A stretch of DNA of 64,000 nt, taken from Fervidobacterium sp. (GTDB lineage: Bacteria > Thermotogota > Thermotogae > Thermotogales > Fervidobacteriaceae). Location: the NCBI GenBank assembly GCA_049970055.1, contig JBMFNR010000001.1:128001-192000 (forward strand), given 5' to 3'. A model generated the notes under the pieces. The model was given only the letters and a program-made list of their open reading frames with translations. It made no database searches and was not told the origin of the DNA. Below, piece after piece: positions 1 to 10,162 of this stretch; position 1 is the first letter of the stretch, and every line of letters starts with the position of its first letter. The translations under genes and the position numbers were made by a program.

Positions 1-1002
1 TGCAACAACTTTCTCGTCTTCTTGGGCGATCTTGCTTAGCACTTGTCCAAAAACTTCGCTATAAGAAATGGCATTTTCCGGCTTTTCGAAATTACCTGAC
101 TCTGGATCAAACTTTTCAACACCATGATATTTAGTAGGATTATCTTCTGAATAATGGTATCCCTTTCCTTTAAATGTGAAGACAGTTAGAACTGTTGGGT
201 ATGGATAATCTTTTATCTGTTTTAAAGCATCTTCTAAAATTTTTATATCGTGTCCATCAACCGGACCAAAGTGTTTAAGACCAATCGATTCAAAAAAATC
301 TTCTCCGATGAGAGCCACTTTCAGTGCTTCTTTTATTTTTTTTAACTCAAATTCAACATTTTCACTCATTTCTCTCTTTAGTCTTTCTTTCAATCTAATG
401 TACAATTTGCTAGTTCTAAGCGATTCTAAAAGTATAGATAGGCCACCAACGTTTTTAGCTATGCTCATCCCATTGCTGTTGAGAATTATCTTTACTTTCG
501 AATTTTGGCTTTTCAGTTGATTTAGTGATTCGAGGGCTTGACCACTCGTCAGTGCACCATCGCCGATTACAACGACTACACTCGCTTGACTGCCTGATAG
601 CCTTAATGCTTTTTCAATACCCATCGCCGCTGCAATCGACGTACCTACATGCCCTGCACCGAATCTGTCTACTTCGTCTTCGAAGATGTTCGTGAATCCT
701 GATATTCCACCAAACTTTCTCAGCGTTTTGAATTCTTCCCATCTTCCAGTCAATAATTTGTGTGTGTAAGTTTGATGGCCTGTGTCCCAAATTATGTAGT
801 CTTCGAAAGGATCAAAAACTCGGTAGAGCGCGAGTGTGAGCTCGACCGTACCGAGATTACTCGCAAGATGACCGCCATTTTGTGAGATGATGTCTATCAT
901 GTAAGCTCGTATCTTATCAGTGAATGCGTAGAGTTCTTCATAGCTCATCTTTTTAATTTTCTCTAAAAGTTCCTCTTTCTTAAACGAGCTTTTCAATTTC
1001 AT
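1..1002 (-). CDS. dxs: 1-deoxy-D-xylulose-5-phosphate synthase (5' part; runs off window)
   Basis: Manual translation from ATG at 1002 (SD GGTGGA upstream) gives GGHLASNLGTVELT, IWDTGHQTYTHKLLTGR, FGAGHVGTSI, IGDGALTSG, GPVDGHD, all DXS signatures. Missing from the ORF track because it is truncated. Confidence 0.95.
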   Translation of the reverse strand, partial: MKLKSSFKKEELLEKIKKMSYEELYAFTDKIRAYMIDIISQNGGHLASNLGTVELTLALYRVFDPFEDYIIWDTGHQTYTHKLLTGRWEEFKTLRKFGGISGFTNIFEDEVDRFGAGHVGTSIAAAMGIEKALRLSGSQASVVVVIGDGALTSGQALESLNQLKSQNSKVKIILNSNGMSIAKNVGGLSILLESLRTSKLYIRLKERLKREMSENVEFELKKIKEALKVALIGEDFFESIGLKHFGPVDGHDIKILEDALKQIKDYPYPTVLTVFTFKGKGYHYSEDNPTKYHGVEKFDPESGNFEKPENAISYSEVFGQVLSKIAQEDEKVVA

Positions 1003-1024
1003 GCGATCCACCTTTCGATATCGT

Positions 1025-2308
<1,284 letters not shown>

Positions 2309-2313
2309 TTAAG

Positions 2314-3360
2314 TCACCCCTCAAATAGTTTCTTCAGATTCTCATCATATGGTGGATAAACTACACCTTTTTCCGTGATGATCGCTGTTACAAGTTCGTG
2401 ATCTGTTACATCGAATGCCGGATTGTAGACACTGATATTGTTTGGTGCGATCCGCCTGCCTCCGCATGTTAGTACCTCTTCATGGGCTCTCTCCTCGATT
2501 GGGATCTCTGACCCACTTTTTACAGACAAGTCTATCGTACTGAGAGGGGCAGCCACATAGAATGGTATACCATGCCTATTCGCAAGAACTGCCACCATGT
2601 ATGTTCCGATTTTATTTGCAACGTCTCCGTTGGCTGCGATACGATCAGCGCCCACGATTACAGCGTTAATTCTACCTTGTTTCATAACCCACCCCGCCAT
2701 GTTATCGCTGATGAGTGTTACATCGAACCCGTCCTTCATGAGTTCCCAAGCGGTTAGACGTGCTCCTTGTAAATATGGTCGCGTTTCATCAGCGTATACT
2801 TTTATTTTTTTACCTTGTTCCTTGGCAGCACGTAAAACGCCAAGTGCTGTACCGTAATCGACTGTAGCAAGCGCGCCTGCATTGCAGTGAGTTAATACAG
2901 TGAACCCATCTTTCAAAAGTTCAGCACCATTTCTTCCTATCGCTTTGTTCACCTCGATGTCTTCTTTAGCGATCGCCATAGCTTCTTCTTCTATTGCTCT
3001 CACAATACCTTCATACTTGCCGTGATTAATGAGTTTTTTTTCCATTCGATCAAGTGCCCAGAACAAATTAACAGCTGTTGGTCTTGTTCTTGCAAGCACC
3101 TCTTTTATATTTTTCATCTGCTGAACAACTTGATCGTAGTTATAACTCTTTTTGACAACTTCTTTAAGACCAAGTACAAAACCGAAAGCAGCGGTAGCAC
3201 CGATCGCAGGTGCTCCCCTAACGACCATTTCTTTTATCGCAAGTGCAACTGACCTATAATCTGCGCACGTTACATAGACCTCTTCGAACGGAAGTCTTCT
3301 TTGATCAATTAGAATTAGACTGTCACCCGTCCACTCCATGGTCATCGTCTTGAGTCTCAT
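2314..3360 (-). CDS. mtnA: S-methyl-5-thioribose-1-phosphate isomerase
   Basis: [63 protein letters not shown]. Confidence 0.95.
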   Translation of the reverse strand: MRLKTMTMEWTGDSLILIDQRRLPFEEVYVTCADYRSVALAIKEMVVRGAPAIGATAAFGFVLGLKEVVKKSYNYDQVVQQMKNIKEVLARTRPTAVNLFWALDRMEKKLINHGKYEGIVRAIEEEAMAIAKEDIEVNKAIGRNGAELLKDGFTVLTHCNAGALATVDYGTALGVLRAAKEQGKKIKVYADETRPYLQGARLTAWELMKDGFDVTLISDNMAGWVMKQGRINAVIVGADRIAANGDVANKIGTYMVAVLANRHGIPFYVAAPLSTIDLSVKSGSEIPIEERAHEEVLTCGGRRIAPNNISVYNPAFDVTDHELVTAIITEKGVVYPPYDENLKKLFEG

Positions 3361-3389
3361 TTTTTTACCTCCTTGATCAATTTCTAAGA

Positions 3390-4448
3390 TTAGTACTCTT
3401 CATTTGAATGTAAAAGTTTTTTTCTGAATTCTTCGATTCCAGTTACCTCTCCAAAGATCACAAGCTTATCGTTATCACCAATTAAATAACCTTTTGATGG
3501 TCCAAGTAAAAATTCTCCATCCTTCATAATGGCTACAACCAGTATGTTGTATTTCTCTTTTAGTTGTAAATCTTCTATCCTCTTTCCAGAAAGTGGTGTA
3601 CCAAAAGTTTCAATAATCTCTATTCTAAATCTTTTATCTCTTATGCTTAGAACATCAACAACATCTTCCTTTGCCTTTTTTGAAACAACAGTTTCAACCA
3701 TTTTAATGCCCGATATTTCTGCAGTTGCAATTGGATGGTCAACACCTGCATAAATGAATTTTGTTAAGTTCGAAATATTTGTTATGTTTGAAACAATATA
3801 GATGTTGCTATTCAAATTCTTTGCGGTTAGAGCTACAAATATGTTTAACGCATCATCAGGTAATGTTGTTATTAAAGTTCGTGCTTCTTTTATTCCGGCT
3901 TTTAATAAAGTATCTTCGCTTGTTGCATCTCCGGTTATAAATAAAACTTTCCCCTCTTTTTCTAACTCTTTAATATTTGTATTTTCTGAGTTTTTGTCGA
4001 TGGCGACAACTTTATTTTCGTACCGTAACAGTTGATGGATAACTTGTGTTCCCAAGTTTCCAACACCCACAACGATAACATGTCTCTTCATCTTTCTTAT
4101 CCTTCTTTCGATGTTTTTATTTTTGAAAATCTTTGCTATTTCACCTTCTACAAGTGTTGCAGTTATGTAAGAGATGCTGTACAAAACAAAAGAAAGACCT
4201 ATTAGGATAAGTAGTATTGTGAACAACTTCCCATGTAAAGACAAGTCCTTTGGTATACCGTAACCAACTGTTGAAAGTGTTATCGCAGTAAAAAACATCG
4301 CTTCCGTAAAAGTGTAATCTTCAATTAACCAGTAGTAAATGGTACCTGCGGAAAACACCAAAAAAATACCGGAAATAGAAATGAGTATTCTTTTTAAAAG
4401 GATGTTTTCATTCAATTCTCTAAGCCAGATATTTTTTTCTTTGTCCAT
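3390..4448 (-). CDS. potassium channel with TrkA-N/TrkA-C (RCK) domains
   Basis: Two TM helices flanking the TLSTVGYG filter, Rossmann GVGNLG, GDATSE, C-terminal RCK-C. Confidence 0.9.
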   Translation of the reverse strand: MDKEKNIWLRELNENILLKRILISISGIFLVFSAGTIYYWLIEDYTFTEAMFFTAITLSTVGYGIPKDLSLHGKLFTILLILIGLSFVLYSISYITATLVEGEIAKIFKNKNIERRIRKMKRHVIVVGVGNLGTQVIHQLLRYENKVVAIDKNSENTNIKELEKEGKVLFITGDATSEDTLLKAGIKEARTLITTLPDDALNIFVALTAKNLNSNIYIVSNITNISNLTKFIYAGVDHPIATAEISGIKMVETVVSKKAKEDVVDVLSIRDKRFRIEIIETFGTPLSGKRIEDLQLKEKYNILVVAIMKDGEFLLGPSKGYLIGDNDKLVIFGEVTGIEEFRKKLLHSNEEY

Positions 4449-4463
4449 ATGCTTACTTCATAC

Positions 4464-5453
4464 TCACTTTACTATCTGACTTTTGTATTTAATCTCTATC
4501 TTTGATTTTTTGAAGAATTCATCAAAATCTTTCGAAATTTTATCCTTCGCTTCATCTTGCTTTACTGATAGTAATTGCTTTTTGATTTCCTCTTTTGCAT
4601 CGTCTAAAGACTTTTGCCCGCCAACCTTTACGTCTCTGAGTTTTATTACATAATACTCTCCGCTTATACTTTCGGTTGGTAAGATAGTGTTTTTGGGAGT
4701 ATTTGTTATCTTAAGCCACAAGTTTTGCGGGATCTTGGATGTGTCACCTTGATTTACAAAACCATCGACCAAAGGTTGAACGCTGTACTTTTTCGATATT
4801 TCACTACTTGGGAGATTTTTCGCTAGATCCAGCCTGATGTTATCAGCTGTATTCTTATCTTTTGTTTTAAAAACAATTAGATCGTACTGTGTGGGCAAAA
4901 AGTACTTTGATTGGTTCTTTTCATAGTATGCTTTTATCTCCTCGTCTGATATGCTGATGTTTTTAATATAATATGTCAAGACATTTGCCAAAGAAAGTGA
5001 ATAGGTACGCTGCAGATATAACCTTTGTTTGTAATCTTCGAGCGACCCCATGCCAAGTTGAATAAGATAATCGTTTAACTGTGATTCCGTCATTTTTAAA
5101 TCATTAATCATTTTCTTGATTTCTGTGTCAACATCATTTTTAACAGTTGAAGCATCTGGTGCAACTTTTAAACTTTCTGCAAATTGTATGAAAGCTATCT
5201 TTCTTATGAGGATATCAAGAACTCTGAGTTTGTACTTTTCTATTATAACTATACCTTCCTGGGTAGTAGTAAGTACCTGATAGAATGTTTCATTGGAGTT
5301 TTGAATGTCAATCAGTAACTTTTGAACATTCGCTTCCCTGTTCCATTCATCCATCGTGATGTTACGACCGTTAACAACGGCGACAACATCTTGCTGAGCA
5401 AATAGCATCAGCGCGAAAAACAGTAAAACACAAGCAAGATACCTTTTCACCAT
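4464..5453 (-). CDS. SurA/PrsA-like exported foldase (degenerate parvulin domain)
   Basis: Signal peptide, VVAVVNGRNIT, ISDEEIKAYYEKN, KSLDDAKEEIKKQL. Confidence 0.75.
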   Translation of the reverse strand: MVKRYLACVLLFFALMLFAQQDVVAVVNGRNITMDEWNREANVQKLLIDIQNSNETFYQVLTTTQEGIVIIEKYKLRVLDILIRKIAFIQFAESLKVAPDASTVKNDVDTEIKKMINDLKMTESQLNDYLIQLGMGSLEDYKQRLYLQRTYSLSLANVLTYYIKNISISDEEIKAYYEKNQSKYFLPTQYDLIVFKTKDKNTADNIRLDLAKNLPSSEISKKYSVQPLVDGFVNQGDTSKIPQNLWLKITNTPKNTILPTESISGEYYVIKLRDVKVGGQKSLDDAKEEIKKQLLSVKQDEAKDKISKDFDEFFKKSKIEIKYKSQIVK

Positions 5454-5494
5454 ACGTCCCCCCCTATGCTTACTTTTTTGCTCATTGTACTCGC

Positions 5495-7951
5495 TTATTT
5501 GACCACAATGTTTACCAATTTACCACTGACATAGATAACATTTGAGATCGTTTTTCCTTCGATTAGCTTCGAAACGTTGTCTAAAGCGGCTTTCTTAATT
5601 TCTTCTTTTGATAAATTCGCAGGGACTGTTATTTTTCCACGTACTTTTCCGTTCACTTGTACAACGATTGTGGTTTCTTCGGCTTCAAGAGCCCGTGGAT
5701 CATATTCTGGCCATTTTTCTTCAACGATCAGTGTTGTCTTGCCAAGATCATGCCACATCTCTTCTGCCATGTGTGGTGCAAAAGGTGAAAGTATCAACAC
5801 AAGCTTTTCAGCTATTTCCCTAAGTAGTTCTTTATTGTACGATTGAGAACTTTCAAGATAGTCAGAGAGCTGGTTATTAAATTCCATAAGTCCTGCGATC
5901 GCTGTGTTGAATTTAAACCCGCCTTCTATGTCTTCTTTTATTTTCTTTATCATTGTGTGTAATTTTCTCCTGAGGTTTTTTTCTTCTTTACCAAATGAAT
6001 CGCCACTAATATCTTCGTTGTTTATTATATCAAGGACCCTGTAATAATTGTTCCAAAGCCGCTTAATAAACCTATTTACTCCTTCGATACCTGCGTCATT
6101 CCACTCAGCATCTTTTTCTGGCGGTGCCATGAAAAGTATGTACATCCTCAGTGTGTCTGCACCGTATTTATTTATCATGTCATCGGGCGATACAACATTT
6201 CCCTTCGATTTGCTCATTTTCCAACCATCTTTGTATATCATTCCTTGTGTAAATAGATTCTCAAACGGCTCATCAAATTTTACGTACCCAAGATCGTGGA
6301 GTACTTTTGTAATAAATCTTGAGTACAATAAGTGTAGTACAGCGTGTTCAACACCACCGATGTATTGGTCAACTGGTAACCAGTAATTGACATCGTTTGT
6401 ATCAAAAGGTTTATCCTCGATTTTTGGATTCACGTACCTCAGATAATACCATGAGCTATCAACGAATGTATCCATCGTCTCAACTTCTCTATGCGCTGGT
6501 CCTCCACATTTTGGACATGTCGTATGTATGAATTCTTCACTTAGCGTTAAAGGTGATTGACCTGTTGGTAAAAATTCGACATCCTCCGGCAGTTTTACAG
6601 GTAGATCTTTTTCTGGAACGGGAACTATCCCACATTTATCACAGTACACAACGGGAATGGGTGCACCCCAGTACCTCTGTCTGGAAATAAGCCAGTCCCT
6701 TAACTTGTACTGTACACTTTTTTTACCAAAGCCTTTTTGTTCTATGTAATTTGTAACCTCTTCTATGCCTTTTATACTTTCAAGACCATCAAATGGTCCA
6801 CTATTTATCATTATTCCTTCCGATTCATATGGTTTTTCTTGTACATTCCACTCTCCATCCTTTGGTTTTATAACCTGCTTAATTGGTAAGTTGTACGCTT
6901 TTGCAAAGTCAAAATCACGTTGATCGTGCGCGGGCACGGCCATTATAGCTCCTGTACCGTATTCATAAAGTATATAATTGGCAACATAAATTGGAATTTT
7001 TTCATTTGTCAGTGGATTTATCGCGTATCTTCCAAGAAATACGCCCTCTTTTTTTGCCTCTACACTTGTTCTTTTGAATCTATCCTCAAGGGCAACTTTT
7101 GCTAAGAACTCCTCAACTTCCTGTTTCCTTTCATCAGTGACAAGTTCCATGACAAGTGGCGATTCCGGTGCGACAGCCAAGAACGTGACTCCGTAGATTG
7201 TATCTGGGCGTGTTGTAAATATCCTAATTGTTTTATCCATACCTTCGATTGGGAAGTTGACCTCTGCACCTGTACTTTTACCTATCCAGTTTTTTTGCAT
7301 TGTTTTAACATGTTCTGGCCAACCTTGTAATCTATCCAATCCTTCCAATAACTTTTCAGCATAATCAGTTATTTTAAAGTACCATTGTTCTAAGTATTTC
7401 ATAGTAACCGTTGTACCGCATCGCTCGCATTTTCCATCTTTCACTTGTTCGTTTGCAAGAACTGTCTGACAACTTGGGCACCAGTTAACCGCTCCTGGCT
7501 TTTTGTAAGCTAGACCAGCCTCATAAAGTTTTAAAAAGATCCATTGCGTCCATTTATAGTAATCTTCAGTACATGTTATAACTTCTCTATTCCAATCGTA
7601 ACTTATCCCAATTTTCTTTATCTGACCACGAATAACATTTATATTATCAAAAGTCCATTTTTTTGGATGAATCTTATGAGCTATAGCGGCATTTTCAGCA
7701 GGTAAACCAAACGCATCATACCCAAAAGGATGTAATACATTGTATCCTTGCATCCTTTTGTACCTTGCTACTATGTCACCTATGACGTAGTTTTTGACGT
7801 GGCCAACGTGCAGTGTACCAGAAGGATATGGAAACATAACAAGCGCGTAGTATTTTGGTTTTTCCGAATACTGCGGAGTTTCGAAAACTTTTCTTTCTTC
7901 CCATACTTTTTGCCATTTGCCCTCTATCTCTTGTGGTATGTATTCTTTCAT
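5495..7951 (-). CDS. leuS: leucyl-tRNA synthetase
   Basis: MFPYPSGTLHVGH (HIGH-like), FTTRPDT editing domain, SRQRYWG, KMSKS. Confidence 0.98.
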   Translation of the reverse strand: MKEYIPQEIEGKWQKVWEERKVFETPQYSEKPKYYALVMFPYPSGTLHVGHVKNYVIGDIVARYKRMQGYNVLHPFGYDAFGLPAENAAIAHKIHPKKWTFDNINVIRGQIKKIGISYDWNREVITCTEDYYKWTQWIFLKLYEAGLAYKKPGAVNWCPSCQTVLANEQVKDGKCERCGTTVTMKYLEQWYFKITDYAEKLLEGLDRLQGWPEHVKTMQKNWIGKSTGAEVNFPIEGMDKTIRIFTTRPDTIYGVTFLAVAPESPLVMELVTDERKQEVEEFLAKVALEDRFKRTSVEAKKEGVFLGRYAINPLTNEKIPIYVANYILYEYGTGAIMAVPAHDQRDFDFAKAYNLPIKQVIKPKDGEWNVQEKPYESEGIMINSGPFDGLESIKGIEEVTNYIEQKGFGKKSVQYKLRDWLISRQRYWGAPIPVVYCDKCGIVPVPEKDLPVKLPEDVEFLPTGQSPLTLSEEFIHTTCPKCGGPAHREVETMDTFVDSSWYYLRYVNPKIEDKPFDTNDVNYWLPVDQYIGGVEHAVLHLLYSRFITKVLHDLGYVKFDEPFENLFTQGMIYKDGWKMSKSKGNVVSPDDMINKYGADTLRMYILFMAPPEKDAEWNDAGIEGVNRFIKRLWNNYYRVLDIINNEDISGDSFGKEEKNLRRKLHTMIKKIKEDIEGGFKFNTAIAGLMEFNNQLSDYLESSQSYNKELLREIAEKLVLILSPFAPHMAEEMWHDLGKTTLIVEEKWPEYDPRALEAEETTIVVQVNGKVRGKITVPANLSKEEIKKAALDNVSKLIEGKTISNVIYVSGKLVNIVVK

Positions 7952-7991
7952 GAAAATCCCTCCATCTGCTCATTTTGAAATGCGTTCTTTA

Positions 7992-8000
7992 ATTATATCA
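7992..8000 (-). promoter_or_regulatory. extended -10 promoter of the leuS operon
   Basis: TGATATAAT on the minus strand about 40 nt upstream of the leuS ATG. Confidence 0.55.
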
Positions 8001-8256
8001 TGAAATTGTAAAAAATGTATTATACAAACAATTTCTCCAATTTTTTGGAGAATATATTTGCAATTTTTAGCTTTTCGCACATCTAATCTTTACAAGTATA
8101 TTATACCATAAGGAAATTAAAATCATTAAATTTCTTCCGCATCTTTTCTATCTTCCTTCTTTTTTAAACTTTCTGGTCTTTGCCAAATGTCTGAAATTTC
8201 AAAGTACAGTTAACCAAATGTTCAAAAATAAACGGGTTATAAAGTGATGAAAAGTT

Positions 8257-8265
8257 TGGTATAAT
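8257..8265 (+). promoter_or_regulatory. extended -10 promoter of the mgtE-uvrA operon
   Basis: TGGTATAAT about 155 nt upstream of the mgtE start. Confidence 0.55.
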
Positions 8266-8344
8266 TAATTAACAACGTTTTGAGTATATGCTTTTAAATT
8301 CTTTTAAATTTTAAACCTACGAAAGGAAAGGTTGGTGATAAACT

Positions 8345-8392
8345 GTGGAATATCCGAGTTTTTCAGGTGCTTCCAGCTCAAAACCGCCATGA
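8345..8392 (+). CDS. putative leader peptide MEYPSFSGASSSKPP upstream of mgtE
   Basis: SD-like GGTGAT (8334-8339), GTG start, 15 codons ending CCG CCA TGA. Not validated. Confidence 0.4.
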   Translation: MEYPSFSGASSSKPP

Positions 8393-8420
8393 GAAAATTA
8401 AAAGAGGAGGTCTGTTATGA

Positions 8421-9764
8421 ATGAAGGTCAAACTCCAAGTTGACATCAAAAAACTCATCGAACGTGGTGATTTTAGAACATTAAAGTTCTTACTGGAAGA
8501 TCAAGATCCGAACGTAATTTTTGAAATGATTGAAGAGCTTGAAACTTCAGAAAAAGCCATTGTTTTCCGCTTGCTTCATAAAGACATTGCTGCGGAGGTC
8601 TTTTCCAAACTTGAGTCAGATGAACAATTTGAACTTGTACGGATGCTTACAGACGATGAGATAAAGTCTATAATACGGAATATGGATCCATCTGACAGGG
8701 CGGAATTGCTCGATGAACTCCCCACCGATGTTGTTACAAAGTTGCTCTCCTTATTGCCCAAAAGCGAACGTGAACAGACCATTGAAATCCTTAACTATCC
8801 GGAAAACTCTGCTGGGCGACTGATGTCACCAAATTTTGTTTATGTGACGAGAAATATAACTGTCGAAGAAGCTCTCGCAAAGGTGCGCAAGTTTGGAAAA
8901 GATTCGGATACAATTTACACAATATTTGTTGTTGAAGAGGATAGAACACTGGTTGGAACACTTAGCTTGGAAGACTTAATTTTTTCTGAACCCGGGACAC
9001 TTGTCGATGAGATTTATAAGCCAGAACCACCGTACGTAAAGACGACAACCGACCAAGAGGAAGTTGCGGAATTAATGAAAAGATATGATCTTAACGCCAT
9101 AGCGGTCGTTGACAATGATATGAGACTTGTCGGTGTGATAATTATTGACGATATAGTTGATATTATTGAGGAAGAGACAACGGAAGACATCCATAGGATG
9201 GCTGGTATGAATGCCACTACTACTTCTTATTTTCATACCTCGCCTCTTGTGTTTATCAGAAACCGATTACCTTGGCTTGTAGGATTGTTGCTATTGGAAA
9301 GCGTTAATTCGTTTATTGTGCATAGATACGAAGAATTTCTTGCTGCCATTCCCATTGTGGCTGCTTTCATGACGACAATGGCGGACGCTGGCGGCAACTC
9401 AGGAGGACAGAGTAGTACACTTATAATAAGAAGTATGGTACTCGGTGAAGTACAACTGAAGGATTGGTGGAAGGTTTTACTGAGGGAATTGTATGTTGGA
9501 ATTATACTTGGTTTGATTTTGGGGCTTGTACTTTTTCTCAGAGGATTTATGATTTCAAATAACATTTTAGTTAATCTTTCCGCAGCTATATCTTTGTTCT
9601 TTATAATTATTTTTGCTAATACCGCGGGTTCGATGTTACCGTTCTTAGGTAAGCTCTTGCATATAGATCCTGCGCTAATGTCTGGCCCACTTATCACAAC
9701 TATCGCAGATCTTGGTGGAATAATGATATATTTCGCAATTACACATGCTATGTTAAGGATTTAA
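8421..9764 (+). CDS. mgtE: magnesium transporter MgtE
   Basis: MgtE-N domain, YPENSAGRLM, CBS pair, RLPWL, GGNSGGQ, DPALMSGPLITTIADL. Confidence 0.96.
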   Translation: MKVKLQVDIKKLIERGDFRTLKFLLEDQDPNVIFEMIEELETSEKAIVFRLLHKDIAAEVFSKLESDEQFELVRMLTDDEIKSIIRNMDPSDRAELLDELPTDVVTKLLSLLPKSEREQTIEILNYPENSAGRLMSPNFVYVTRNITVEEALAKVRKFGKDSDTIYTIFVVEEDRTLVGTLSLEDLIFSEPGTLVDEIYKPEPPYVKTTTDQEEVAELMKRYDLNAIAVVDNDMRLVGVIIIDDIVDIIEEETTEDIHRMAGMNATTTSYFHTSPLVFIRNRLPWLVGLLLLESVNSFIVHRYEEFLAAIPIVAAFMTTMADAGGNSGGQSSTLIIRSMVLGEVQLKDWWKVLLRELYVGIILGLILGLVLFLRGFMISNNILVNLSAAISLFFIIIFANTAGSMLPFLGKLLHIDPALMSGPLITTIADLGGIMIYFAITHAMLRI

Positions 9765-9805
9765 AGACATATTTTGCTATGAATTGTCGAATGGAAGGTG
9801 GTAAT

Positions 9806-10156
9806 ATGGAACGTGAGGAATTAGAGAAGAAACTTTTAGAAACGATAGATACGATAGAAACACACTTGGAACGATACGAAAGAGATATGGAAGCAATCAA
9901 CGTTAAGATCGATTTGTTGACGAATGATTTATATGATGCGTGGAATACTCTAAGAAATATATTTATAACGGTAGTTTTTATGTTTACAATTATGGCAGTT
10001 ACCTGGTTTTTCCCATTTCAAGCAAGGGCGTATGGATATCTTTCCGTTGACGATGTGAGAAGGAAGTTGATAGCGCTTAGCGTCGAGTTTTTGATATTTG
10101 GTATTATACTACTTTTTGAATTAAGCATAGCGTTCTCAAGGAGGTTTAGAAGATAA
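9806..10156 (+). CDS. hypothetical membrane protein (coiled coil plus 2 TM)
   Basis: ORF between mgtE and uvrA; start placed at ATG 9806 after GGAAGGTGG. Confidence 0.7.
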   Translation: MEREELEKKLLETIDTIETHLERYERDMEAINVKIDLLTNDLYDAWNTLRNIFITVVFMFTIMAVTWFFPFQARAYGYLSVDDVRRKLIALSVEFLIFGIILLFELSIAFSRRFRR

Positions 10157-10162
10157 CAATAT

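Noticed and set aside
7952..8000. T-box leader for leuS
   Set aside because: The putative promoter is only about 40 nt from the start, and no T-box consensus or antiterminator is visible.
8291..8315. Direct repeat CTTTTAAATT x2
   Set aside because: Short, low-complexity and AT-rich; no independent support for function.
8266..8420. M-box (ykoK) riboswitch upstream of mgtE
   Set aside because: The leader is AT-rich and I see neither the conserved M-box core nor a terminator hairpin; a covariance search is needed to exclude it formally.
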